Sequence record: MT129654.1
Length of the DNA stretch: 64,000 bases
Strand: one strand, 5' to 3'
Origin: Escherichia phage MN04
Of this stretch, positions 10,021 to 23,293 are shown piece after piece. Within the stretch, counting starts at the first letter, position 1, and each line of letters begins with the position of its first letter. A program made the position numbers and the translations under genes. The notes below the pieces were generated by a model. That model was not told the DNA's origin. It searched no databases and was given only the letters and a program-made list of their open reading frames with translations.

Positions 10021-10524
10021 TCATTCCCACCAATCGATAGCGAACGTAGATTCGAAAGTTTCTACCTCGTTGTTTGAATCCCAATCCATCTGGACTTCAC
10101 CAACGTTAGTAGGCCATAAGCCATAAATTGTAACTTCTTTAGTCACAGTCTTACCGTCACGATGGAACTGACGAACAACTGCTTGTTTCTTATATTCTGC
10201 AGGTGCAGCACCTGTAATTTCATTGGTCATACCATGGCAGAGGTTTTGCCAATCAACAATTGCCTGACGGGTGTCATGGGCGTCATCGTTATAAATGGTA
10301 ATGGTCCAATCATCAAATGTACGGTCACCAGCTACGTTAATTTTACGGTTCATGTAGCCAACCGGTACTTTTTCTACAATGCCTGCCGGCATAGGTGCTG
10401 CTTTACATTTAAAGCTAAAGTTTTTACCAAGAAATGGAATTTCCACTTCGAAAAGGTTAGGGCGTGCAAAGTCACCTGACTCAAACGCACGAGTGATATC
10501 TGTCAACTCCATGGGATGCCTCAT
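10021..10524 (-). CDS. gp19: Tail tube protein gp19
   Basis: 167 aa; T4 synteny between 18 and 20. Confidence 0.85.
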   Translation of the reverse strand: MRHPMELTDITRAFESGDFARPNLFEVEIPFLGKNFSFKCKAAPMPAGIVEKVPVGYMNRKINVAGDRTFDDWTITIYNDDAHDTRQAIVDWQNLCHGMTNEITGAAPAEYKKQAVVRQFHRDGKTVTKEVTIYGLWPTNVGEVQMDWDSNNEVETFESTFAIDWWE

Positions 10525-10564
10525 AAGTCAGTTCCTGGCCACACCAGGAACGTTCTGATTAATT

Positions 10565-10572
10565 TATTTATA
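10565..10572 (-). promoter_or_regulatory. Late promoter TATAAATA for gp19
   Basis: TATAAATA on minus strand about 40 nt upstream of gp19 ATG; leader hairpin 10531-10551 overlaps RBS. Confidence 0.55.
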
Positions 10573-10634
10573 ACAGTTGATAAATCATATTCCTGATAGT
10601 TAATCAATCCCAGGCGCAATTCTACGTGATGTAC

Positions 10635-10673
10635 GCTGTAACCAAACACATGGTATAATGGTTTTAGGTTCTT
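10635..10673 (+). promoter_or_regulatory. MotA-box middle-promoter-like element oriented antisense to gene 18
   Basis: GCTGTA box, 13-bp spacer, TATAAT 10654-10659, then GGTTTTAGGTTCTT matching the 14-mer after two other middle promoters. Confidence 0.4.
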
Positions 10674-10697
10674 TATATTACAGCCTGGGATAATAGA

Positions 10698-12680
10698 TTA
10701 TACTAAAGGTCCAATCAATTCATCAAAATCAGCACCAGTGCTCGTTGCAACGAAGTTCAACGTGATGTAATTTATCGATCTCGCAGGTTTGATGTATATA
10801 TTAGCAATAAACTCATTACGGTCGATAACCGCAGGGGTGTTCACTGTAGTATCACAAACCACACGTCCTTCATAAATCCCACCAAGTGCCTTAATACCGT
10901 CTAAGTACTGAGAAACTTCCATACGGAAGCTTGAACGAGTGAAGTTATCGTTCAATTCAAACAGTTTATATTTAGAGGCATCACCGATATTTTTCTTAAG
11001 CATGTTGAACAGACGGCGAACGTTAATGTGGTCCATCGGAGATGGAACTTTAGTTGCAGTCTTATCACCAAACAATACGAAACCATCACCGCCAGCAAAA
11101 CCAACAACCGGGTTAATAGCTTCCTGGTACATGCGGTCACGTTGTGCTTGACGTGGTTCAATTGCCAATTTCAGAACGTTAAGAATCTGACCACGGTTAT
11201 AACCGGCAGGAGACATCCAAGGCTGAGACACATCATCAGTACGTGCACACAAACCAGCCAAATCAGCAGCCAGTGGTACCCAACGGTTTACGTCGTTATA
11301 TTTGTCGTATTGATATTTATAGTTACCATCAATAGCGGCATAAGTGGTACTGATGTTCATGTTGTTGGCATCGAAAGTACCGGCACCGGTACGCCAGTCG
11401 ATAAGGTTATCTACTGCACGAGTCAGTGGAACGTTAACCAACAGACCTTTAGGAGGAGAAATAAATGCTAAGCAATCCTGACGTTCATCAGCAATACTCA
11501 CAACGTGTTTCTGAACAGTAGAAGCCACTTCATCGCCTTCACCAGCAACAGCACCAGCAATAAGCAGGTTAATATGGAGTGCTTCACGGTCGGCAAACAA
11601 ATCCCAACCCTGCATCAAATCGCCTGCAGTAACTTTATCGTTGGCGGAAATACCACCAGACAGATTAATGATACCACTAAATCCTTTCGGCCAGTTTAAC
11701 GAGGTAGCATAGATGTAATTAGAAGTACCTTTAGCGAAATAATCGTCAAGATAAATGTTATTACCGTAAACGTCTTTTTCACCTTCTTTGGTGGAAAGTA
11801 CGACTGATTCTACTATAGCGCCATCGCGACGAACGATAATTGCGTATTGGTCATCTGTTTGTGGGCCGTAATTAAATACTGCCTTGGCAATAGAAGCACG
11901 GGTACCGCCACCAGGATAAACATCCAACATTTTAGAAGAACCGGCTTCGTAAGCTGCTTTAGAAACGATTTCTACTTCCAGAGTAGAACCAATTTCACCA
12001 GGATAAAGGGCCACTACGCCTGGCATAGCAAATTTCTTAAGGGCCGCTTGGAATTCAAGAGAAGTAATAGCTTCTTCACTATTCTCGGCTTCTGTCAAAA
12101 GAATACCGGAATCCGTAACAATTTTACCTACGGTAATAGTACCAGAAACACCCGAAGAGGCGGAAGTAACTTCAGCAGTCCAAGCCGGGCCTAGGGTAGG
12201 ATACTGGTTTAAAGAACGTGCGTAAGCAATAATTTTTGCTGACGGAATAAACACAGAAAGAATTTTACCGTCTGTATCTACAGAAGTCACACGACCTTCA
12301 GATTCGACTACAGTTTGGTTATATTTAATATTAATTTTATCGCCTACAGCATAGTTGGAACCAGCCGTAGTAATAGTGGTTTCAATATTACCAGCGATAG
12401 GAGATGCGTTTTTAGCAAATTCGCGACTAACAACACGAACTGTACGAAGGTCATTACCATACTGGAGGAAGTTCATACCAGACATAAAGTAATCTGCTAC
12501 TTCGTTATTAGGACCTCCAAACAAATCAACCAGTTCAACTTCATTGGTAATCTGAGTTACCTGGAAAGCAGGGCCCCACTGGAATTTACCAACCAGCGCT
12601 GCACGACCCGTTGCGTTACGAACGACAGTACTCTGTACGGACGTTTCTTTGAGCTCAATGCCCGGTGATAATAAAGCCAT
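10698..12680 (-). CDS. gp18: Tail sheath protein gp18
   Basis: 660 aa (T4 gp18 is 659); synteny. Confidence 0.9.
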   Translation of the reverse strand: MALLSPGIELKETSVQSTVVRNATGRAALVGKFQWGPAFQVTQITNEVELVDLFGGPNNEVADYFMSGMNFLQYGNDLRTVRVVSREFAKNASPIAGNIETTITTAGSNYAVGDKINIKYNQTVVESEGRVTSVDTDGKILSVFIPSAKIIAYARSLNQYPTLGPAWTAEVTSASSGVSGTITVGKIVTDSGILLTEAENSEEAITSLEFQAALKKFAMPGVVALYPGEIGSTLEVEIVSKAAYEAGSSKMLDVYPGGGTRASIAKAVFNYGPQTDDQYAIIVRRDGAIVESVVLSTKEGEKDVYGNNIYLDDYFAKGTSNYIYATSLNWPKGFSGIINLSGGISANDKVTAGDLMQGWDLFADREALHINLLIAGAVAGEGDEVASTVQKHVVSIADERQDCLAFISPPKGLLVNVPLTRAVDNLIDWRTGAGTFDANNMNISTTYAAIDGNYKYQYDKYNDVNRWVPLAADLAGLCARTDDVSQPWMSPAGYNRGQILNVLKLAIEPRQAQRDRMYQEAINPVVGFAGGDGFVLFGDKTATKVPSPMDHINVRRLFNMLKKNIGDASKYKLFELNDNFTRSSFRMEVSQYLDGIKALGGIYEGRVVCDTTVNTPAVIDRNEFIANIYIKPARSINYITLNFVATSTGADFDELIGPLV

Positions 12681-12709
12681 TTTGAATCCTCTTGGTTATG
12701 CTTTATTGT

Positions 12710-15107
<2,398 letters not shown>

Positions 15108-15925
15108 TCTGCTTGTTCTACATCTCTTGGAACCACTTCGCTATCAACAGATTCAAAATTACCTTCAGGAGCGAGTTCCTTTGAGTTAGCAAAGAAATCA
15201 AGATAAATGGTTTTAATTTCGCCTTCCATTTCTTTAACTGGAGGATATAACCATCCGTTAACCTCAAACATCATAGACCATTCTAAACGTCGACGAGAAG
15301 TGGTATCACCTTCTAATTGTTCGTCCATTGCAATAGACTGGAATACAATACGAATATCACGGTCAAATTTAATTTCGTTTGTATAGAGTTCCGTAATGGT
15401 GGTATTGAAATGAGGTTGGAAATAAGGCATAATCTGTTCCACAATTTGGAACATATCATCTTGGGTTCTAGTGTAAATGCCCAGTTCGAAAATCATTTTT
15501 ACTGGAGTAGGAGAATATTGGCTAACCCGTTTACGAGGGTCGCCATTCTCAAATTGAATTTGTGTTCTGTTCTGAAGAGCTGTTTTGTATTGTGAGTTAT
15601 AAAGCATATCAACCATTTGAAGGTTCATACGTGGAAGAACTGTTTCCACCTTAGCCTTTTGTTCAGCTCGTTCTTTAGGAGACATATTAGGGTTTGGAAT
15701 ATTTTGAACGGCTGTCCATTTACCCAAATTTGCCATAAATCTTTCTTTAGAAGCATACGTAATAGGAACCTTAATAAATTTAAGTCCTGTATCTTCTCTT
15801 TGACGTGCTACTTGAACATGGGAAAATAAATCACCCATCAAAACAATATAGCGACGTAGCGAACTATTATACCAATGTCCAAACATCAAACCTCCTAAAA
15901 TGGCGCACCATGCGCCATGTATTAT

Positions 15926-16699
15926 TTAATCATCTAAAAAAGCATCATCAAATGCTGTAGGAGGAGCATCTTCTCCTCGTCCATTAATCACAACATAAGG
16001 ATGCACGAATTCCGCCGCTTCAGCATTAATCTCATTGACCTCTTCATATTGAATGTCGGAGACGTCAGCCAATCCGTCGATATTCTTAATAGGCATTAAA
16101 TCAAGCTCACTAAACTCAGGAATATTAATACCTTCATTTCTCTGTAATTCAGGACGAAGTTCTTCACCATTGTAAATGAACTTGGTAGCGGTGATTCTAC
16201 GCTGGACGTTAGCACCCACTTGATAGAACGGGTCGTAAGGCTGTACCCAGTTAATTTCGAATAGGCTGTTGTCCATTGGGAAATAAATCAAATCGCCTGA
16301 AACAGGTTCAGTGCCATTGCATTGATGTTTAAAAAGGTTAGGGTTAATTGTGATTGTTACTTCATCATTAACCATCATACCGAACTTACTGAAATAAGTA
16401 TTGTCACCGGAATAACCTTCAAAGGAATCTAAATACCCTGCAAATTTCCAGGCTTTAGTAAATTTGTTCTGAAGGTCTTCGCCAAATAGCTGGTCCGGTT
16501 TAACGTATTCACGCGGTATATAATAAAGCTCAATACCCCGCATTTGAATAGACTCAGCAACTAAAGCATCAGCCAATGTTTGGGTATTCTCATGCTTGTA
16601 GAAGTTGACGAACGGATTCATTATTTCAGTTTCGTTCGTGTTAGCATAGCCAGTGTTATTTTCTAGCTTGGCAAATAAACTCGAATCGAAAGTAGCCAT
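15926..16699 (-). CDS. gp14: Neck protein gp14
   Basis: 257 aa (T4 256); synteny. Confidence 0.7.
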   Translation of the reverse strand: MATFDSSLFAKLENNTGYANTNETEIMNPFVNFYKHENTQTLADALVAESIQMRGIELYYIPREYVKPDQLFGEDLQNKFTKAWKFAGYLDSFEGYSGDNTYFSKFGMMVNDEVTITINPNLFKHQCNGTEPVSGDLIYFPMDNSLFEINWVQPYDPFYQVGANVQRRITATKFIYNGEELRPELQRNEGINIPEFSELDLMPIKNIDGLADVSDIQYEEVNEINAEAAEFVHPYVVINGRGEDAPPTAFDDAFLDD

Positions 16700-16701
16700 A
16701 A

Positions 16702-17637
16702 TTATCCAATTAAAATAGGTGTTGGTGGGTCGAGTAAATCTAATTCTTCGCGAAGACGTTCTTTTTCTAAACGAGCTTCTTCAATCAATCGAATACCATC
16801 TACAGTGGTTCCACCTGCAAGTTGCATGCCTTGGTGTTTGGCCAAAATATTACCATTGACTTCTTTAACCAATGCCGTGGCATAATCTTTGACCCAACGG
16901 TTATTATATGAACCATCTTGCAAACCAAGGTCTTCACCTGCTCTCATACCTGAAATACGACGAGCCGGGTTATCCCAAATAGCTCCAGGGCTCCATTCAT
17001 TTTCGTCACACCCGCCAGAGGCATATCCATATCCTGCGGTATTTCCTACCATAGAATCAACCCCATTAAAAGAGCGAGTATAAACTTCAATTACAATAAA
17101 ATCACCTTTAACAAAGTTACCCATTACCTTCAACTGTTCAGTGGCATCGTTATACCAATAATCAGGCAACGGAACCAAAAGGTCTTGCATCATAGAACGA
17201 TATTGCATTAATTGTGTAAAATAACCAAGGTCAGCACCAAAGGCATTAGGTCCAAAGCTGTTACAAGAAGTTCCAAGACCGCCATTAATACCTGCTAAGC
17301 CTAATACAAAATCAGTAAACCATGGATAAGTCGCTTGGCCATCCATAGATGTTAAAGAACCTACATTAGTTCTTAAAATTTGTGTCACTGCAAATATATT
17401 ACGGCCTTTAAGGTCAAATACGCCGTTACGGAATTTTTCTTCGTCATCATGGCCTATATAAAAAGCCTGATAACCTTTGTTATAACCGTTATAATGATAC
17501 TCACCGTAGAGCTCCAGGGCGCGCTGGATGCAATCGTATACTTGGTCTGTAGTTACTTCAATATTTGTAATTGGTGCACCCAGGCGGCGCAGGATTGCGT
17601 CCTTGAGTTGCTTAGGGTTATATGATTCACTTGCCAT
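16702..17637 (-). CDS. gp13: Neck protein gp13
   Basis: 311 aa (T4 309); synteny; late promoter upstream. Confidence 0.7.
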   Translation of the reverse strand: MASESYNPKQLKDAILRRLGAPITNIEVTTDQVYDCIQRALELYGEYHYNGYNKGYQAFYIGHDDEEKFRNGVFDLKGRNIFAVTQILRTNVGSLTSMDGQATYPWFTDFVLGLAGINGGLGTSCNSFGPNAFGADLGYFTQLMQYRSMMQDLLVPLPDYWYNDATEQLKVMGNFVKGDFIVIEVYTRSFNGVDSMVGNTAGYGYASGGCDENEWSPGAIWDNPARRISGMRAGEDLGLQDGSYNNRWVKDYATALVKEVNGNILAKHQGMQLAGGTTVDGIRLIEEARLEKERLREELDLLDPPTPILIG

Positions 17638-17658
17638 GGTTTATTCCTCTAATAACCG

Positions 17659-17666
17659 TATTTATA
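17659..17666 (-). promoter_or_regulatory. Late promoter TATAAATA for gp13
   Basis: TATAAATA on minus strand about 22 nt upstream of gp13 ATG. Confidence 0.55.
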
Positions 17667-17670
17667 GCAA

Positions 17671-17690
17671 AAAAGGGCCGAAGCCCTTTT
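17671..17690. terminator. Terminator hairpin downstream of wac (GGGC-CGAA-GCCC flanked by A/T runs)
   Basis: AAAAGGGCCGAAGCCCTTTT palindrome. Confidence 0.55.
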
Positions 17691-17691
17691 A

Positions 17692-19281
17692 TTATGGTGC
17701 TGAGTTTAAAGTCACAAAATCTGACAATAACACCCACGCATTATCAACAAGAACATACGGAAGTCCATCAGCCACAGGAGCAACAGGAGGGCGTTTAGCC
17801 AACTCAGTTTCTAGTGCAGCGATTTTATCTTCTGCTGTAGTAACTCTAGAAGTTAAAGCTGCCACTTTACCATCGGTAACAACTAAATCATCCTTAACAG
17901 ATTCTATTTCAGTAGAAACGTTAGGAACTTCTGTCCATGTAGCATTACGACGAGCATAAAGTTTACCATCGGAAGGGGCATCATTCAACTTACCTAACAT
18001 CTGGGTTTCTAAAGAAGTAACCGCATTAATAAGACCACGTTCTTCTACAGTAGTACCGTTAGGGTTTGTCCCGTCAACCTTATTGGTGAGTTTAAGTAAA
18101 GTACCCTTAATACCAGATTGGTTATTTCCAATTTCTACTTGAATATCCTGGATAGATGAAGTAGATTGGTTTGCTTGGATAATAACGTCATTTAAACGCT
18201 TATTAATGGTCCCAGCTGCCGGAGATACTTCACTACCTAAACGGCGGTTGATATCAGTAACTTGGAAACGTAAGCCATCACTTGAACTAACACCCACTAT
18301 GGTTTTAAGGTCATTTACATCAGTACGAAGACCGCTTAAACGTCCATTAATAGAAGTAGGAGTTGATTCAGAACCTATTTGGGTTTCAATTGATGTTACA
18401 CGAGGTTTTAAATCAACGTTGACTGAATTTTCTAGGGTAAGAGTTTTGCTTTCTAAAGTAGTTACTCGGTCCTTTATAGGCATACCAGAGAAATCAATAT
18501 CAGCCTTAATTTCGTCGATAGATGTATTAAAATTAATTGCGGCCGTTTCTAATACAGAAATTCGGGTATAAGCCGGTTGTTTACCTACAGTATCAGAATG
18601 AGGGCCAAGTTCAGCACGAATTTCATTTAATTTAATACCCAATTGCCCGACGTCAGAATCTTCATAATTCCTTTCAAGGGTATCAATGCGAAGACGATGG
18701 TCGACCAATTGAGTGGTATTATCAATGATGCGACGTTTCATACCGGTGGCTTCACTGGTTTCACCAGGAGGCAATGGATTGCCATTTATATCCTGGTTTT
18801 CATAATGACCTATTTCGGTTTTAAGAAGAACAATATTTTCACGTATAGTTAAATATGGGCCGTCTTGTAAAGGGTCATGGTAACCAACGTCTTCTTTTAG
18901 GTGGTCGAAATTTATGGTTAAATTGTTTAGCCCGGCAGTGGTTTCGCCTTCTACTCTCTTAAGCTCTACGATATCAACACGGTTTTTCTCAATTTGCTGA
19001 ATGGCGGAAATATCCGTAGCCATTTCTAAGGCATCATTGATATTATTAACGTTTTCTACCAGTTCGTTAACTTTATCTGCGGTTTTCAAATCATTCGCAT
19101 CAAGAGCTTCAACGTTTTTCTGAACTCCTAAAGCAGCAGCGTTCAAATTACCTTCATTGCCGTATTTTGTTTTTGCTGCAGACATACAATCACCCTCGCG
19201 TATCCATTGGATACGCTTTTGAGGAGCATCAGGTACGCCGTCAACAAATGGTAACTCACTAAGTTCCAATTTGTTAATCAT
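17692..19281 (-). CDS. wac: Fibritin (whisker antigen control, neck whiskers)
   Basis: 529 aa coiled-coil-rich; C-terminal foldon-like 'DGLPYVLVDNAWVLLSDFV' resembling T4 foldon. Confidence 0.85.
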   Translation of the reverse strand: MINKLELSELPFVDGVPDAPQKRIQWIREGDCMSAAKTKYGNEGNLNAAALGVQKNVEALDANDLKTADKVNELVENVNNINDALEMATDISAIQQIEKNRVDIVELKRVEGETTAGLNNLTINFDHLKEDVGYHDPLQDGPYLTIRENIVLLKTEIGHYENQDINGNPLPPGETSEATGMKRRIIDNTTQLVDHRLRIDTLERNYEDSDVGQLGIKLNEIRAELGPHSDTVGKQPAYTRISVLETAAINFNTSIDEIKADIDFSGMPIKDRVTTLESKTLTLENSVNVDLKPRVTSIETQIGSESTPTSINGRLSGLRTDVNDLKTIVGVSSSDGLRFQVTDINRRLGSEVSPAAGTINKRLNDVIIQANQSTSSIQDIQVEIGNNQSGIKGTLLKLTNKVDGTNPNGTTVEERGLINAVTSLETQMLGKLNDAPSDGKLYARRNATWTEVPNVSTEIESVKDDLVVTDGKVAALTSRVTTAEDKIAALETELAKRPPVAPVADGLPYVLVDNAWVLLSDFVTLNSAP

Positions 19282-19290
19282 TTTTTACCC

Positions 19291-20817
19291 TTATTCTACT
19301 TTAATAATAAAAAGAACGGACATTGTCCAAGGACGAGTTTCATTTGCAATAAGTCCTTCACTATTCAATGTGGTATGTCCATCGCGGTTCCAAGGATCGG
19401 TGGTCTCAAAACCTTCGTTGGTATAATAACTACGGTTATCCCAGTCAAGTCCTTTACGAGTACCAACATATCCAGAGTTAGCGGTGTTACCAAAAGCACC
19501 ATAGTTATCATGTTCACCAAAACCACCAGCATGTTTATGATAACGTAATGCTTGGGCTTGAACGGAAGATTGCGGGAACGAACCGACACCATTACCTAAA
19601 CGGGCCTTACCTTTACCGTCTTGTCCTCGGTTACCGGCAATATGTGGGTTAACTTCGCCTTCAGAATATCCGCCAACCATGTTAGCACCGCGAGGATATA
19701 ATCCACGGAAATCTGGAATAGCACCCCACCATCCCCAACGTCCGCCAACAGCATTTAAATATGCACCACCAGTATAAGTCCCACCTACACAAGCTCGCCA
19801 TTTGCCTGGGATATTACCTTCATGTCCACCCCACATACAAATAGTACCTACCGGAACGCTATCTGATAATTGGTCGTGGGTAACAACATCAACACCATTA
19901 CGACGTAATGCGCCATTAACGTTTAAAGTACCCCATATTTCACCACCGGAAGTAGAAATAACGTTAGCATTATAAGCCAGTGCTGTATTACCATCACCTT
20001 GACCTACGGTAGTAGATAAACGAACTAACCCAATACGTCCGGTATTGCCTGTACGAGCTAACAAAGAAGCCGGTGTAACTGCGGCGGTATGGTCGGTACC
20101 ATTAGATACCATATCCCAACCAGCGAGTTTAATAATACCACTTCTGGCTTCGGTGGAAGTTAATGTGGCTAATCCTGCTGGAGAAATAGCAATACCTACC
20201 GAAAGACTTCCATTACCAACCTCGGCATTGGTCGCTAAACGAACTAAACCTTCATTTGTAGTCGTTGCCGTAGAATAAACCGGTAACGCTGCTGTGGCCG
20301 CACCAATTGCTTGAGATACTTTAAGTGGGGTCATTGCTGTGGTATCATCGGTACCAGCTAATGCAGCAGGCGTAGTTGAAATCTTGATAACGCCTGTAGT
20401 GTTCTCTGTTGATAAACGGTTCTCAAATGTATAATCCATTACCGCTTTCAAAGAGGTTGCTACGATTGCAGCCTGGGGCTCTGTACCTGCTATAGCTTCA
20501 GCGTTAGTAGCATAACGGGTAATACCTACATAAGTTTCTGTTGCCTGAGTAGGAATATCTAAACGTGCTTTTAAAGTTGCCGGGGTCACTGCACTATAGG
20601 CATCCAACCCATCCATTACTTCTTGTGTTGTGGCAAGACGAATAATACCTTGGGATGTTTCTGTGGCTGAAGGAACATTACCTGTGACACCGATTAATGA
20701 AATAGCCGCCAATGCTTCTTGAACATTAGTAATATCAGGCGGGAAATTCGACCCAGTAGGGTCGAATGATTTGAATTCCGATTTATCACTAATGTGTTTT
20801 AGTGTGTTTGTTGACAT
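19291..20817 (-). CDS. gp12: Short tail fiber gp12
   Basis: 508 aa Gly/Thr/Ala-rich fibrous protein; T4 synteny. Confidence 0.75.
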   Translation of the reverse strand: MSTNTLKHISDKSEFKSFDPTGSNFPPDITNVQEALAAISLIGVTGNVPSATETSQGIIRLATTQEVMDGLDAYSAVTPATLKARLDIPTQATETYVGITRYATNAEAIAGTEPQAAIVATSLKAVMDYTFENRLSTENTTGVIKISTTPAALAGTDDTTAMTPLKVSQAIGAATAALPVYSTATTTNEGLVRLATNAEVGNGSLSVGIAISPAGLATLTSTEARSGIIKLAGWDMVSNGTDHTAAVTPASLLARTGNTGRIGLVRLSTTVGQGDGNTALAYNANVISTSGGEIWGTLNVNGALRRNGVDVVTHDQLSDSVPVGTICMWGGHEGNIPGKWRACVGGTYTGGAYLNAVGGRWGWWGAIPDFRGLYPRGANMVGGYSEGEVNPHIAGNRGQDGKGKARLGNGVGSFPQSSVQAQALRYHKHAGGFGEHDNYGAFGNTANSGYVGTRKGLDWDNRSYYTNEGFETTDPWNRDGHTTLNSEGLIANETRPWTMSVLFIIKVE

Positions 20818-21482
20818 TAATATAATCTCTTATAGTAATATAAAGGAATCGTGCCGTTAACTGTACCACCTGCTAACGATTGGGTAGAGTTACCTAAGTA
20901 TTCCCACTTACCGTATCCAGCCCTTGGCTGTTGGACTATAGTATGGGAAATTGTACAACCCGATTGTTTATATGGTGAAAAAATATGATTCTGATAGTCA
21001 TTGTATTTAATATTCAAGGTAGATTGGTCTAAGACATCAATAGCAGTTTCGGCCAAAATATAGCTATTAGCAATAGCGTCTAAAAACACATCATTTACTT
21101 TAGATGCAACCAATACAGATGAATCGCCAACTAAGACCTCTACAGGAAGTCCGAACACTTTAATAATAACCGGGTCGCCAAGTTCACCGCCTGAAGAAAT
21201 AGAACCGGTAAATGTAATTTTATCAGATTGCTGGATAAATCCAGGTGCTCTGTTTTCTGTGGTAATAATAACAGAGTTCACAGGAAGCTCTGTTCTAAAT
21301 GCAATATCATCTATTGCACTTTGGACCGTAGGAAAATAAACACCCTTCTGGGTTTGGTTTGCAGAAGGGCCACCGATAGGTCGTTGGTCAGCAACAGCAG
21401 TAGGCTTGTCACTGGTGTAAGATAATTCCAAATAGTCAGCTAAGCGGGATTTTAACCCGCTTTTCATTTCAGTTAAAGTCAT
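20817..21482 (-). CDS. gp11: Baseplate wedge protein gp11
   Basis: 221 aa (T4 219); synteny. Confidence 0.7.
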   Translation of the reverse strand: MTLTEMKSGLKSRLADYLELSYTSDKPTAVADQRPIGGPSANQTQKGVYFPTVQSAIDDIAFRTELPVNSVIITTENRAPGFIQQSDKITFTGSISSGGELGDPVIIKVFGLPVEVLVGDSSVLVASKVNDVFLDAIANSYILAETAIDVLDQSTLNIKYNDYQNHIFSPYKQSGCTISHTIVQQPRAGYGKWEYLGNSTQSLAGGTVNGTIPLYYYKRLY

Positions 21483-23293
21483 TATGCAATCCTCATCCAG
21501 CGATGAACAGTTAAGTATGGTGGTAGAGTATTAACCGGGATAGGAGTGGTCCCTTGAGCCTTATTAATACTGGCTTTATCTTCACGATATTTTGTATAAG
21601 CCGGTCCTTGTGAATCAGGGTCAACTAAACATCCACCTACAAAAATAGGGCCATCGTTATCAGAAATAAGAACTTTATCATCAGTATTAAGTTCAGGGAT
21701 ATTCTCATATTTCAAATTAGCCACATGAGCACCACCAGTACCACCAGCAGTTGACTGTGGAATACCAGCAGAATCCAGATCGTTATTATTTGCATTAAAC
21801 AAAGAACTAGCGTCAGGAGACCAACCTACCAAGAACACATCAGATAAACGCTTCCATGAACCAAAGCCCATATAAGTTTTAGGGTTATTAGGGTTCACTG
21901 TATTCTCATAGATGGTTCCTATAGGGTAGATTAAATCAAAAAATGTTGATGCCGTATCTATTGTAATATTAGATGGGGCTACTGATTCAACGTTAGGTGC
22001 AAAAGGATTATCTACATCAGTAATACGAACCTGGCCTGTTATATCAATCGACAGGCCTTTAGAAATATAGATGTTATTGGTATAATCCAAAATCTCATCA
22101 ATTTCCATGGTAGTACCGATATCATTATTGTACCAAATTACCGTAAGAATATCGCCGTGTTCAAAGTTACGTCCAAATTCGATGGATTCAATCTTGTCTT
22201 CAGGAGTCAAATTAAAAATATAGTCTGATTTAGATTGTGTCCATTGGCCACCTGCATTAAAACACTCGGTAGCAGTACGACCATCAGCACCTTCACAATA
22301 AAATGAAGGAAGGCCCGCAGTACCAGCTTGATGAAGTAATGTGCTATTAAGCATGACTTGGCAAGCATTTGGGTTGATAGGACTGTTAACAGAAATATTC
22401 AAATCAGCTGCTGATATAACATGCGAAGTATTCAAATCGGCCACGAAAGAAGAACCGGGAACAGAAACGTTTTTAGTCAATTCTGAACTTTGGATTGTTA
22501 TATCACGGCGGTTATAAGAACTACGCCATTGAGCAAGCCCGTCATTATATGATTTGATAATAACAGTATCACCTGCTTCACAAGGATATTTTAAACGGAT
22601 GTCTTTACCATTCAAAGCTACCAATTCGCCAGGTTGAGCACCCGGAGAACCGAACTCTGCGGTAGCCGCATCAAAAATATCATCAACACCGTAGAACAAA
22701 TTGTTACCACGTTGCGAAACGCTTAAACTTGCTACGTTATAAGAAAGACCCGGGAAAATGTCTAGAAAATCTGTTTGACCTTCGGTTGCAATAAACTGCT
22801 TAGTTGCTACAGTAGCGAGGTCGTTATTTGGAATACGGTTTACTTGCTTATTTTCAACATATTCCCAACGACCAGGTGCACAATAAACCAATTCAAGGTC
22901 AGAGAAGTTGCGAGCAATTTCAACTTGAGTAGCTGAACCCTTAATGGTATCACCTGTGGCAGGGATTAAGGTTACTGGGTTAGCTTGCCATGAAGAATAC
23001 ACGTCACGTACACGGATAACAAAGTTATATTCTTCAGGAGAGCCTTTAGGAAGCTGGACGTTAATACGCCCACCCTGGGTATTAAGGGTATAGCTATGGC
23101 CCATTACGGCATTCAACAAAGCACCATCTGCAGTAGAATGCTGTTTCCAAGCGCCTGCTGCATGTGGGTTGTTGCCATCACCTAATTGGTAATAAAGCTC
23201 ATTGAAGTTGTTATTAATTTTAAGACCACCTGCACGCAGGTAATCACCGGACCCGTCATCAACAGCGGAACCTACTTTTAAGTCTTGTTTCAT
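21482..23293 (-). CDS. gp10: Baseplate wedge protein gp10
   Basis: 603 aa (T4 602); synteny. Confidence 0.7.
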   Translation of the reverse strand: MKQDLKVGSAVDDGSGDYLRAGGLKINNNFNELYYQLGDGNNPHAAGAWKQHSTADGALLNAVMGHSYTLNTQGGRINVQLPKGSPEEYNFVIRVRDVYSSWQANPVTLIPATGDTIKGSATQVEIARNFSDLELVYCAPGRWEYVENKQVNRIPNNDLATVATKQFIATEGQTDFLDIFPGLSYNVASLSVSQRGNNLFYGVDDIFDAATAEFGSPGAQPGELVALNGKDIRLKYPCEAGDTVIIKSYNDGLAQWRSSYNRRDITIQSSELTKNVSVPGSSFVADLNTSHVISAADLNISVNSPINPNACQVMLNSTLLHQAGTAGLPSFYCEGADGRTATECFNAGGQWTQSKSDYIFNLTPEDKIESIEFGRNFEHGDILTVIWYNNDIGTTMEIDEILDYTNNIYISKGLSIDITGQVRITDVDNPFAPNVESVAPSNITIDTASTFFDLIYPIGTIYENTVNPNNPKTYMGFGSWKRLSDVFLVGWSPDASSLFNANNNDLDSAGIPQSTAGGTGGAHVANLKYENIPELNTDDKVLISDNDGPIFVGGCLVDPDSQGPAYTKYREDKASINKAQGTTPIPVNTLPPYLTVHRWMRIA

